From positions 23,748,001 to 23,812,000 of the forward strand of contig NW_024704743.1 of the NCBI RefSeq assembly GCF_018977255.1: a stretch of DNA of 64,000 nt. Reading direction: 5' to 3'. This stretch comes from Callorhinchus milii. Its lineage: Eukaryota. Position 1 is the first letter of the stretch, and every line of letters begins with the position of its first letter. The notes under the pieces are model-generated. The model searched no databases, was not told the origin of the DNA, and saw nothing but the letters and a program-made list of their open reading frames with translations. Shown piece after piece: positions 12,833 through 23,478 of this stretch. Both the position numbers and the translations under genes were made by a program.

Positions 12833-13306
12833 ATTTCAGAATTAGGGTCCCTATGCCTTGGCTCCCGCCAACCTTTGCCTGATACTTTCCGGAATTAGGT
12901 AAGCAGGGAGAGAGTGGGTGTGTACTCCATTCCAACAATCCCTCTCTGGCATGTCCATGCGTGGGTGGGATTCATGAAATTCTAAGTTTGGTTTGGATAC
13001 TCTTAAGCATGATGATGAGTTTCCGCATGTGGCCCAAAAAAATGCGCAGAATGACAAAATGAGGGACAAAATGTTTTTTTTTAAAAGTGATTACATTTTG
13101 AAATCTTCAATAACATTCAAAGCAATCCATTCAAAGGTCCCAACCATCCAAGGAAAGACCCAAGAGCTTTGAAGGGACCTTGAGGGAGCGAGGCTGAAAT
13201 GAGTTAATCTTCACCAAGTTCATACTTTACAGGGTTTCAAGTACTCTGCTCATGGCATCATCCCCACCAGACAGTGCTACGAATGTTGTTTCTGTTGCAG
13301 TTTGTG

Positions 13307-13583
13307 TTTCGATTCCTGGGTAGGGCGAAACCTTAGGCAAGCTTCCTTATTCCACATGCCTCTGTTTACCTAGCAGTAACTATGAACCTGGTAAAAATGA
13401 CTCCCCAAAAAATTTTGGTCACTTAGACCACGACTGTTTGTGGGACACTGCTATTCAGAATTGATTGCCAAGTTTCACCCATAAAATATACAGTCAATCG
13501 ACTTTACAATATAATCTGTGAAAAGCTTTGAGATGTCTCAACAACGTGACAATGCGCTATATCAAATGCAAGGATCATTATTA
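13307..13583 (+). mobile_element. tRNA-derived SINE, 5'-truncated
   Basis: Runs from B box ttcgattcc through gggcgaaacctt to the tail gcgctatatcaaatgcaaggatcattatt. Confidence 0.88.
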
Positions 13584-14113
13584 TGGTGCAGTTTGTGCTC
13601 TGTGTGGTGTTGATATTGTTTGTTTGGCAGAGAATCAAGGCCATTTATCATGACAGTGGAGTATAAACGCACCATTACTGAGGTGCTTTCTCTTGCCAAC
13701 TTGATCTTATATTTTAAAAAAAGCTATATTATAATCCTAATCAGATAAATAATAATTATTTAACTAATAATTGTTGTTTGTGCCCATCAATTTTTTTTAT
13801 TTTCTAAAATGTATTAGTGGGACCAAGGGAGCTACAGAACATGACATAAGCAAAGGGTTTCATCCTTTGAAGCAGAAAATGGTTGCAACAGATTGAATAG
13901 ATTGTATGAACTGCAAAACAAGAAAAGTAAAATAGGAAACAATTGAGATTAAGAGGGAAAGTTGGATAACAGAGTTGAAACGTATGCTGTTTTTAACTTA
14001 AAATTACACTGTAGTATTTATTTTTGCAACTAGTGCTTCACAGTACATTAATAAAACATGCTGTAATAAGAGCATACTCAGGAATTTGTTCTGAAATGGC
14101 ACACTTTGCAGCC

Positions 14114-14201
14114 TTATAGATTTGCGGTGTCAAGTCCGGCAGTGGGAAACTCCTTCCCATCAGTGTCAGTTTGGTGCAGCAACGTTTCACTATCAATCTC
14201 T
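14114..14201 (-). CDS. Possible terminal coding exon on the minus strand (EIDSETLLHQTDTDGKEFPTAGLDTANL*)
   Basis: Acceptor cttgttttggtttgcag|A; phase-2 entry gives 28 codons then TAA in unique sequence. Its upstream partner exon is uncertain. Confidence 0.25.
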
Positions 14202-14859
14202 CTGCAAACCAAAACAAGTCTTCTCAGGGAGAGAGGAATCATTAACTTCAACCCGCCATCAGTCAAAGAAAATTAAAGAAACAGTTAAACAAAATAGGCG
14301 GTTGGGGAGGGGTTAAACAAAGCATAAAATATGTGGAAGGAGATCATGGCCATGAATCATTTTGTAAAAGGGACCTTGTTAAAGAGATCACAGTGTTTGA
14401 AACTTCAATTGGGAAATTCAGCACTGGAAGGGTTAACACAGTTTAATCCATTCTCTTTCAATCACAAAACAGATGAACAAAAGAGATGTTTTTAAGGTAG
14501 TTGCTAAAAGTATGTTTTCATTCGGTTCTGGAAGCTTGATGTTTTGACAGTTTAGTGCAAAGGTTGGATTTAAATGTGCATATGAGAAACATCTTGAAAT
14601 AGATGAATATTAATGGGTTCTGCTTTTGTGCAGCACATCACAGGTCAAGCGATGAGGTTAGCATTTTTGCATAATTAGGGCAAAATTGACGATTAATCAT
14701 GAGAGTGATATTCCAGTGTTGAAGTTAATAATCATAAATGAGGAACTCGGCCTGGACTTGAGCAGAAATTTGGGGCAGGTGTCCCTGACTATGTGTTAGA
14801 ATGAGCCACCAAGTCAAGGTTCAAAACTTCCTTTCACTCGATGGTGATGCTTTCCCCTT

Positions 14860-15232
14860 GCATTTATTTCAAGTCTTCCATGGCCTTGCTCCTCTCTGAA
14901 TTTGCGACCTCCAATCCTTCCCACTCCCTCCGCTTGGTGGGCATTGGCTTGTTCCATGTCGCCGCCCTGCCCGCCCCATCATCAGCGGTCGGGCCTTCAG
15001 CCTTTCTGCCTTTTTCCATCCCGGAGATCCCTCGCCTTGCCGCCTTCCTTCTTTAAGGGTCATCTCAAGTCCTTTTCCTTTGACCTTCGGTGATCCTCCC
15101 ACCGCCTTTCCCGTGGACCCCACCCCTCTTGATTCCAACCCGCAACTCGGGTGCCAACTCTTGATTGTCCAGGTCTTGGGATGTCATCCCGACATGAAAG
15201 GTGCCATAAGTATAAGTGCAATTTGTTGTTGC
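14860..15232 (+). mobile_element. L2 LINE 3' end (older copy)
   Basis: ttcaagtcttccatggccttgct...cttgggatgtcatcccgacatgaaaggtgccat...(ttg)n. Confidence 0.85.
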
Positions 15233-15324
15233 TGTTCCTGCTCTGACTTTTTAACATTAAAGAACGTCTGAAAATGCTTGAAAACAAAATATAGTGATGG
15301 ACAGGTCTGAAGAGAATGGGTTCA

Positions 15325-15855
15325 GACAAGACCTCAGTTTAACATCACTTACAGAGGACAGCACCTCTGACCTTGTCGTGCTCTCCCTGTACTACACTAG
15401 TTACAGGGAATGCTCATTATATCGTAATTGGTTAGTTCCAATATCCCAGAACTGGCATTGTGTCAAGGTGCAAAAAATGGCTGATTTCTGGGTCATCAGG
15501 TCACCACTGACATCACTTCTGGCACATTGCCAGCCGCAAACAGGAAGTCTTAACGGTGTCGCTTCCTGCATACTGCTCATGGGCGCTGGGACACAGCAAA
15601 CAGAATGTGACCTTAATGACCCAAAAGTCAGCCATATTTTAACACGGGAAGATGGCCAGTCAGTGCCGGAAGGCAGGTACACCATGCTTCCAGTGCACAA
15701 TAGACCCACACTGTGAATGAGGCAGGGTCTAATTGAACATACTATACTGGGGTTCATTGCATTAGCCTAGATTATGAGCTCAAGTCCCAATGTTGGGTTT
15801 GAACCTTAAAAGCTTCTGATCCAGGGGTTACAGCACCACTAACTGCTAGGCTAAC
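15325..15855 (-). mobile_element. Deu-domain SINE split by a ~340-bp palindromic insertion
   Basis: Deu segment in reverse at 15325-15400 and tRNA head in reverse at 15740-15855 (gggtttgaacc...aactgctaggctaac). Confidence 0.6.
15451..15660. repeat. Palindromic MITE-like element
   Basis: Arms 15474-15504 (aaaatggctgatttctgggtcatcaggtcac) and 15607-15640 (gtgaccttaatgacccaaaagtcagccatatttt) are near reverse complements. Confidence 0.8.
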
Positions 15856-16289
15856 TCTCCTTTGCACATAACTATATTGGCAAACTCTTTGTGGAGCCAA
15901 CTTTCCCACCTCTGCTTATTCAGGTATTACGTTGCAAAAGAGACCTGTCAGTGATGCTTTATTGTCTTTACCCTTTTCTTAAATTTCAAATATATTTTTT
16001 AAAAGGAGTGATATCGTTAGTGGCGTTAGATAGATCCCATTGTTTTGTCTTGTTTTGTTTCATCTGGTGGAATGGTTGGCCCAGGTCACATTTTGTAAAT
16101 TGGAAATAGGATGTGTGCTGTACCAAACAGCTGCTGGTGGACTCCTTGACTAAACTTATTCCAAAGCCGATTCGATACACTCGGTGATTGTTGTTGTTGA
16201 TAGAAAATGAATGCTGCACTTGTCAGAGTGGTGACCTCTTAATTGCCCATTTCCCTGGATGACTCCATTGATGGAAAATCAGCCATTGA

Positions 16290-16590
16290 TTGGTGAACGA
16301 GATCAATCCAGTTGATAAAGTGCAAACAATTATTTCACGTGTACTTTGTTTTGTCACATTGAGAGATCTTTTGCCAAATCTTGAAACTTTAATGTGTACA
16401 CTGTGCATATGTGCCCTAAATATCCCTATTGAATGGTTTTATGACTCTTAAGGAGGATTTCTTGACTATAATATATAAATCAACGCAACTTCTTAATTTG
16501 TTCTGAATGACTTTATCCTCCTGCTCTGGAGACCATGAGGCAATGGAATGCGCTTCTGGTGTTGACTGTTTCAGTAAACCAATGGAACAG
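16290..16590 (+). pseudogene. Possible fossil of a hAT transposase C-terminal dimerisation domain
   Basis: Frameshifted translation LRDLLPNLETLMCTLCICALNIPIE..., LRRI..., LNLF*MTLSS...AMECASGVDCFSK loosely follows the hAT motif FPNL..L..IALT.P...ERSFS.LRRIK...LN.L..LSIE...ID.F. Confidence 0.3.
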
Positions 16591-16810
16591 AACTTTCTGG
16601 GATGCTACCCCACAGAAGGGTGCTATATAAATGCAAGTTGTTGTTGTTCTTGCACATGGGGTAGCGAGGAAGAGGACAGTGACTGTTTGGTGATAGATGT
16701 CATTGTGGGTAGCACTTTCCTGTTGTTAGACAATTGTGTGCTAGTGACGTGAATTTATTCCCCCACCCCCCCATCCATCGCTAAATTCCTATTTTTAAAT
16801 TCTGCCACAG

Positions 16811-16880
16811 GAAGCAACCAAGCGATCGAGAGAAGGAAAACTCATGTCCAAGTTCAGATCTGGCTGAGATCCGGAAGCAA
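16811..16880 (+). CDS. Candidate coding exon of the unidentified host gene (G-KQPSDREKENSCPSSDLAEIRKQ)
   Basis: Acceptor tttttaaattctgccacag|G; phase-2 entry continues the frame of exon 10293-10360. The 3' end is ambiguous: GC donor after 16880 or 16885, or read-through to TAG at 16914-16916. Confidence 0.5.
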
Positions 16881-17312
16881 GCAAGGCAATGCAACAAAAT
16901 AATATTAAAAAGATAGTTTCTCGCTCAGGATATATGTATTGTATTAGAGTTAGATAAACAAAAACTTGTTTTACTAACCAGGCTAATAATCCTATGAACT
17001 GAGATCTCTCCAGATCTGTGGAGAGTTGAAACAAATCTAGACCATTATATTGTCCAAATTTTTTTGTGACTTAAGATTGTTTGGGGAGTAAAGGTTGAGC
17101 TAATGGAGCAGTGAGATGTCAATCCTGAGGTGGAACACTTTCCACTACCTTTATGCAGTGAGTATCAAGTGTTCACGTATAAGCAGTAAAGCTCTCTCAA
17201 GCTTCCAAAAGATTGTGGATAAATTATATTTCCATGTATTCTGCCCAGTTTAAACTCCTGAAGGAAGTGACTGACCACATGTAAAACTTCCGAATAACTA
17301 GATATCTATTGT

Positions 17313-17603
17313 GGAGTCCTGTAGCTCAGTGGTTAGAGCACTCGCTTTGCAAGCGAGAGACCTGAGTTCAATTCCAGGCAGGGCGAAACCTTGGGCAAGT
17401 TTCCTTACTCCTTAAGTTTCCTTATAAATTGGTCATTTTCAATCTACGACTGTTTGTGGGACATTGCTGTGCGCAATTGGCTGCTGCGTTCGCCCACAAA
17501 TATACAGTCAATTCACTTTACAGTGTGTTCTGTGAAGCCCTTTGGGACGTCCTCCCGACGTGAAAAGGGCTATATCAAATGCAAAGATTATTATTATTAT
17601 TAT
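17313..17603 (+). mobile_element. Young tRNA(Ala)-derived SINE with a small internal deletion
   Basis: ggagtcctgtagctcagtggttagagcactcgctttgcaagcgagagacctgagttcaattcc...gggacgtcctcccgacgtgaaaagggctatatcaaatgcaaag(att)n. Confidence 0.95.
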
Positions 17604-18630
17604 CTGTCTTCTGGAACATTTCCAGATCCCAGCAGTGAAGAAACCATTGTATTTCACTGAATGCTCAATCATCTGCATCTGCCTTAACCCTATAATCTGC
17701 AGTGCTGTTCTTAACAGCTCACATTAAAGGAGTTCATTGATGCAGTATTAATGGCTGTTGCTGGGAGCTTACCAATTCCAATTTGCCATGGTTTCAGTTC
17801 CCTGAACAAATATTCTAATTCCTAGCTTTGCTTGTGGCTTCTTAACTTTATACATCTGTTTCCACATCTGTGAGTTAAGTTAAAGCTCCATATAACTAGT
17901 AACATCCATATTATTTGATACCATCTCAACATTAAATTTGCAGTCATACAATTTTTATCATATTTATCATATCATATTTTATCAAAGGCAGACACCCTGA
18001 TAGTGAATGGGTATGAAGTACAGGAGTATTAGGAGTAATAGCATCAGGGACATGTGGCATGAGATGCTTCAGCAATACTCTGGACTGTGGAATTGGCCCT
18101 AGATCCTGTAGGAGGGGTTGAATTACACAGTACAATTGGCGTGGACATTACGGGTTGAAGAGCCTCTGCCTGCGCTGAAAATGTTTAAGGTGTAAAATTT
18201 TGCAACATTTCATAATAGATTTAATGATATAGTGCATTACGATTTTTCCGAAACTCCGCTTTTTTGTGCCGGAGGATTCCTCCCCTCTTATCTGCTACCA
18301 ATCAACAAAATTGGTATTTGAGTCCGGCTAAAAATAGGAGATGGACAATTAATTTGTGATCTGGGAAGCAACGTTCAAACACTGGGGCCAGGATTTGAGG
18401 CCAAAATGATTGCAACTTCCTTATGTGCTTTGTTTGTCCTCCTGATGTGAAAGGCGCTATATAAATGTAAAGTGTATTGTTTTGATATTCAAGATGCTTT
18501 CTTTTCATCTTGGATATCCCTGTCCTCGCTTTCAAAACCCTCCACAGCTTTGCCCCTCCCTACTCTGTGACCTGGTAACCCCATATCAACCTGTTTGCTC
18601 CCTCTGCAGCTTCAGCCTCCCACTCTCCTT

Positions 18631-19259
18631 CCATGGGTCATGAGCTGGGCCAATAGAAAAGTGCGGCTGAATTGGGCGCTGTGTGCTCAACGCTGCTACT
18701 GTAGGCGGAGCGGCTCGGGTTCAGTGCAGGGAGTGTTGGGATCGTGGGGAGTGGCACGAACGGGTAATCAGCTTTGTCCGCTAGTGACTGAACCACGATA
18801 CAAATACCAGCTGTATCACACTACTGCCATCTATTTATAATAATAGTCCTTGCATTTGATACAGCGCCTTATCACGTCTTCGAGACGTCTCAAAGCGCTT
18901 CACACAATATACTGTAAAGTGAATTGACTGTATATTTTGTGGGCGAAAATTTGCACAACGCCCGACCTAAGCTGAGCTCCTGTGACAAATTCTTGGTAAG
19001 TACCTGTATTGTACTATTCATATTAACATTTTCAGTATTTTAAACATAACTATATTTGCAGGAATTATATGCCTATAGTTTTAATCCGGGTATTTCACAC
19101 ATCTCTCAATAGCACCAATGAACCCTCCGAAATTTTCTGCAAAAGCCACAAAAATTTTTCACGAAGCCTCTAAAATTTCTCTGCAATTTCGGCCAAATAC
19201 CCCACAATTTTTAATCAAATATTTCCGCAAATTTCTCTTGGCCCAGGTCATGAGCACGG
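18631..19259 (+). mobile_element. Non-autonomous hAT-like DNA transposon (MITE) with an internal SINE insertion
   Basis: Imperfect ~36-bp TIRs at 18631-18666 and 19225-19259. The 8-bp flanks ctctcctt and ttctccat (6/8 identical) fit a hAT TSD. It sits in an L2 remnant (18505-18630) and holds a SINE tail at 18835-18950 (-). Confidence 0.75.
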
Positions 19260-20940
19260 TTCTCCATGAGTTGTCGAGTTTCAGTACCAATTGTTTGCAG
19301 TGGGTAGATAATGCTGCTGGACTCAGTGAGCTCCCTACGTTGAATGTGGTTGGCTCAGTGAGTTTATTCAACCAGTGGGTAAGTTGTATACGTTGGGGAA
19401 GATTAATGCCCATTCTTTGGTCACCTCACAGACGTCTGTGATGGCTCCCGGTTAAAGAAGCGAAAATGATTGATACTTTACAAATCTCAGAATTAAATTT
19501 GTGGTCATGTCATCTTCAACATATTGAATGGATGAGAGGCAGGAACTCTGATATTAAGGGGGGGTTATTCAGTGGGTGGGTAAGCCAGCATTTGAGACGA
19601 TGTATTGGGCCCCAGGGCAGAATCAATTAGAATTCCAGTCCTGATCACTAACCAGCGAACCCTGTAAATAATAATTATAATACAATACAAAATAACATTT
19701 GTAAAGGGCCTTAGAGAGTGTGAATTCCATTCCAACATTGCACAAGGAAAAGTAAAGTGAGTCAGGTTTTCCTCCCTCCCCTCTCCCCTTCCCCCTTCTT
19801 CCTATCCTCCCCACCCTCTACTCTCCTGGTTTGTAATTGTAGAATATGGCATGGGGCAAGAGTGAGAGCAGACTTTTCTTGCTGTCTGCTCTGCCAAATA
19901 CTACGAATAGAATGGAACAAAAACATTTTTTATATAAAGAAATAGCGACATAACTAAAGGAAGGAAGAAAGAAAGAACAAAGGTTAAAAAAAATGGTTTT
20001 CTTGTTGCAAGAAAATGGTGTGAGAAAAACAGCAGGGAGCATAAAAACCCAGTCAAAAGGAAATGACTGCTGAATTGTTCCCCTGCAGTTTGTTGTTGAA
20101 TAGCTTCTAACTCCTGTTATTTCAATCAAGATGCAATTTATCAATCTCAATTGATATGATTTAATATGCAAAATTTTAGACACTAGGGAGGTTTTGAGTC
20201 ACATGGTTTGAGTCTGTTTCAGCATCGCTGGCTATTCAGTTGCTTGTAATCCTCCCTGTGTTTTATTGTTGTGTCCAGTGCCACCTTTATGTTTCATAGT
20301 TTTTCAGTTCTGTGAAGTTCAGAAGCCAGAAGCCTCCTGCGGAACGAAATTCCGCCTAATCTTAGCCTGTAAGACTTAAAATTCCATCTTAAAATTTAAG
20401 ATTGCGCAGAATTGTGTAAAATTCATAAATAAAGCCTCAATTTGATAGACAATTTCATTCAGTTAATTTAAAAGAAACCTGCTTCCATATTAAATCTGAA
20501 CTTAAGAATTCTACACAATTTAAATATTATCACAACATGGCCTCACAAACTAAAAAATAAAGGAATTTGAGGTCCTCTGTTCTCTCATAACTATATCCAT
20601 GAGCAACTCAATCTGACTTGATGCCTGTGTTTGACATTAGCTGGTATTGAGTGCTGTGTGTTTTCGTTTCATAGTGATTCTGCAAAATATCAAGTTTGAT
20701 TACATTTAAAATGAAAAGGAAAAAAAACTTAGGGGAGAATTTTCTGTTCAAAGCACGCCCCCTAATGATGGATACAAAAACAGGCCAGTATAAAATCATA
20801 CAGTATTTTGTCTGTAGCAATACTACTTTGCCTTTCTCCCGTCCCTGGCTCCCCACCCCATATATTGTTCCAAATGTAAGACAACATTCATTATAAGGTG
20901 TCTTCACTTTGAATTTTTATAATTATTTTTATATTGTGCA

Positions 20941-21270
20941 TTCCTGTAGCTCAGTGTTTAGAGCAAGCAAGAGACCTAGGTTCGATTCCCGGCAGGGCAA
21001 AATGTTGGGCAAGTTTTCTTACTCCAGAAGCCTCTGTTTACCTAGCAGTAAGTAGGAAACTAATTGTTTGTCGACTGGTGGATCGCTTTTCTGCCGGTAA
21101 TAATCCCTTTAAAAAAATGTGGTCACTCAATCCACAATTTTTGGATTGGTTGTGGCGTTTGGCCCACAAAATAAACAGTCAGTTCGCTTTACAGTATATT
21201 CTGTGAAGCACTTTGAAACGTCTCAAAGACGTGCTAAGCTGCTTTATCAAATGCAAAGATTATTATTATA
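20941..21270 (+). mobile_element. tRNA-derived SINE
   Basis: tcctgtagctcagtgtttagagc...ggttcgattcccggcaggg...atcaaatgcaaagattattatt. Confidence 0.9.
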
Positions 21271-21439
21271 TTTGGGAGAAAAATTAAAAAGTGTAATATG
21301 GTAATTATAGAACAGTCAAAAGACACATTTCGTATAATTTTAGGACAATTTTATAGCACATTAAATTTGCCCTAATATAGATAATGTTTTCCAAATTTTA
21401 AACCACTGGAAATTTAGTGTATTCTCCAGGTCACCATGA

Positions 21440-21790
21440 CATCTCTCTTTCTCTCTTGCTCCCTTGAACTCTTTCTCAGATTCTTTCTTTCTCTCTCACA
21501 AGCACACACAGTTTGACTCTTTGTTTCTCCCTCATTCTCACACGAATTTATCTTAGACGTTCTCTTTCTCAGACTCATCTCTGAGTATCTCAAACTCTTT
21601 TTAGGATTCTTTTGCGTTCTCTTTTTGAGTCTCTCCAACTTTCCATCTACAAATACACAATCATTACACTTCAATATAAAATACCGGGTGCTTTGAAACA
21701 TCTCAACAATTCAATAGAGCGCTATATCAGATTATTTCTCTGTCTCTCCATGACTCTTTTTCTCTCCCTTTCTCTTTGACTCTCTCAACT
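21440..21790. repeat. CT-rich low-complexity tract with an embedded SINE tail
   Basis: Runs of (ct)n/ttct; SINE tail at 21650-21735. Confidence 0.7.
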
Positions 21791-22689
21791 ATTCACTCGT
21801 CTAACTGTTCACTGTTAATCCAAGCTGAATTTTTGTGCAATTGCTTTTGTAGTTAATGTTGTTGCTGTAGTTAATGCTATGCCTGTAACTTGTGCTGTTA
21901 CTACACTGAGTGTAGTTTCTGTACTATTGCAATACACAGTGTCTGTTGAAATAAATCACCATTTCTTGTTTGAAGAATTTGGAATTGCGATTTCGCTACT
22001 AGGATTTCCTGATACTGCAAACAAGCTGTGGTGCTGTACAGCTCGTGAGCTGAATTACTGTTGTAGTCACGTTTAATAATTGTAGAGATGGCACTCCAAA
22101 ATTCTTCAGTGACATATGTCTTGCTGCTGTTTCATATGCAACAAATTAACATAATTTGATATTATCAGCAATACACATCTTGAGGAAGCAGATCAACAAA
22201 ATATGAAGAATTCCACAAACCTATTTATTTAGAAATGTGTTGTTCTGTTTAAAACAAAATGACAGTTAAGGAGCTTCCAGTTGATATTACGTGGCCAGAC
22301 TCCAACAAACTGAACAATGCAGATTGTAACTCTCAGAGGAAATATCTTCCATGTTCAAAAGAGAGATTAGCAGATACTTGGATAGCAGAGTTACTGTATT
22401 AAGGGATACAAATGCAAAGAGACCATGGACTTGCTCGGTTTGAAATATAATAATAATCCTTGCATTTAATATAAGGCCTCAGATAGACTCCCACCCTTTC
22501 ATATGGGATATCTGTAAAACCCCTTTGACAATGTAGTGCTGACTCAGCGTGGCGCTTGAACACACAGCCTTCTGACCCAGAGCCAAGAGTGCTACCAACT
22601 GAGCCAGGCTGACAACTTAGTCCCAAAAGCAGGATATTGATGTTTATATTGTAGGTTACAACAGCAGCGACAACAACCTGCATTTGTCT

Positions 22690-22990
22690 AATAATAATCT
22701 TTACATTTGATATAGCACATCGTCGAGCGATTCACAGGATGTACTGTGGGTGTGGGTGAATGCGATAGCCAGATTGCGCACAGCAATGTCCCACAAACAG
22801 CCAATTTTATTTGGGGATTTTTGCCCAGAACACTGGGAGAAACTCCCTACTCTTTTCGAATAGTGCCATGGGATTTTTAACGTCCAACTGAAGGTGCCGG
22901 CCTTCATCCCATGTGAAAGCCGGCACCTCCAACAATACAACACATGTTGTGACTCAGAGGCGAGTGCTATCGACTGTACAGCTCGTGACA
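22690..22990 (-). mobile_element. Deu-domain SINE
   Basis: Reverse of the Deu core: gaatagtgccatgggatttttaacgtccaactga...cggcacctccaacaatac. A further SINE head lies at 22520-22620. Confidence 0.8.
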
Positions 22991-23464
22991 TGCATTGCTT
23001 TTCACATGGGATGGTGAAGCACTTAGGTTGGGTGAACGTGAAGAAAAAGTCAAGTGTATCTTGTAATGTTAAGTAAGAATGAACTGAGAGGTATGGAGGC
23101 TGGTTCCAGTGGGAGAGGTGATGTCCACTTTCAATTCAATTTGACACTAGTTAGTTGAATTCGGGAGGGCAGGGGTGAAAATCTCATTGCAAGCACTAAC
23201 CATCAACATCTCCGCCCATAGCAACAAAATGACACACAAGAAGTTAATTTTGTATCGCGTCTTTCACGTCAGGAGGGCATCCCAAGGTGCAGGAAAATCT
23301 ATTTCATGCCCCAAATCATTCTGTGTGGTGTTATCAGCCAGTGCTCTCCACTTGGGTGTGTACCATAAGTAAGTACATTTGTTCTTTATTTCATATAGCC
23401 AACTTTTTGCCCCATTGATTTTAGGGAGTTTGCTCTGTTAGGCGTGAAATGAAGCTGCTCAACT

Positions 23465-23478
23465 CTACTTTACCTCAG
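23465..23478 (-). CDS. Candidate last coding exon of the minus-strand micro-ORF (A-EVK*)
   Basis: Acceptor ctcttgtcctttaaactttccag|CT GAG GTA AAG TAG; phase 1 matches exon 24309-24369. AATAAA lies on the minus strand at 23390-23385. Confidence 0.35.

Noticed and set aside
17313..17385. tRNA-Ala gene
   Set aside because: A and B boxes and an anticodon arm are present, but the sequence continues into a SINE body and LINE-type tail and recurs many times.
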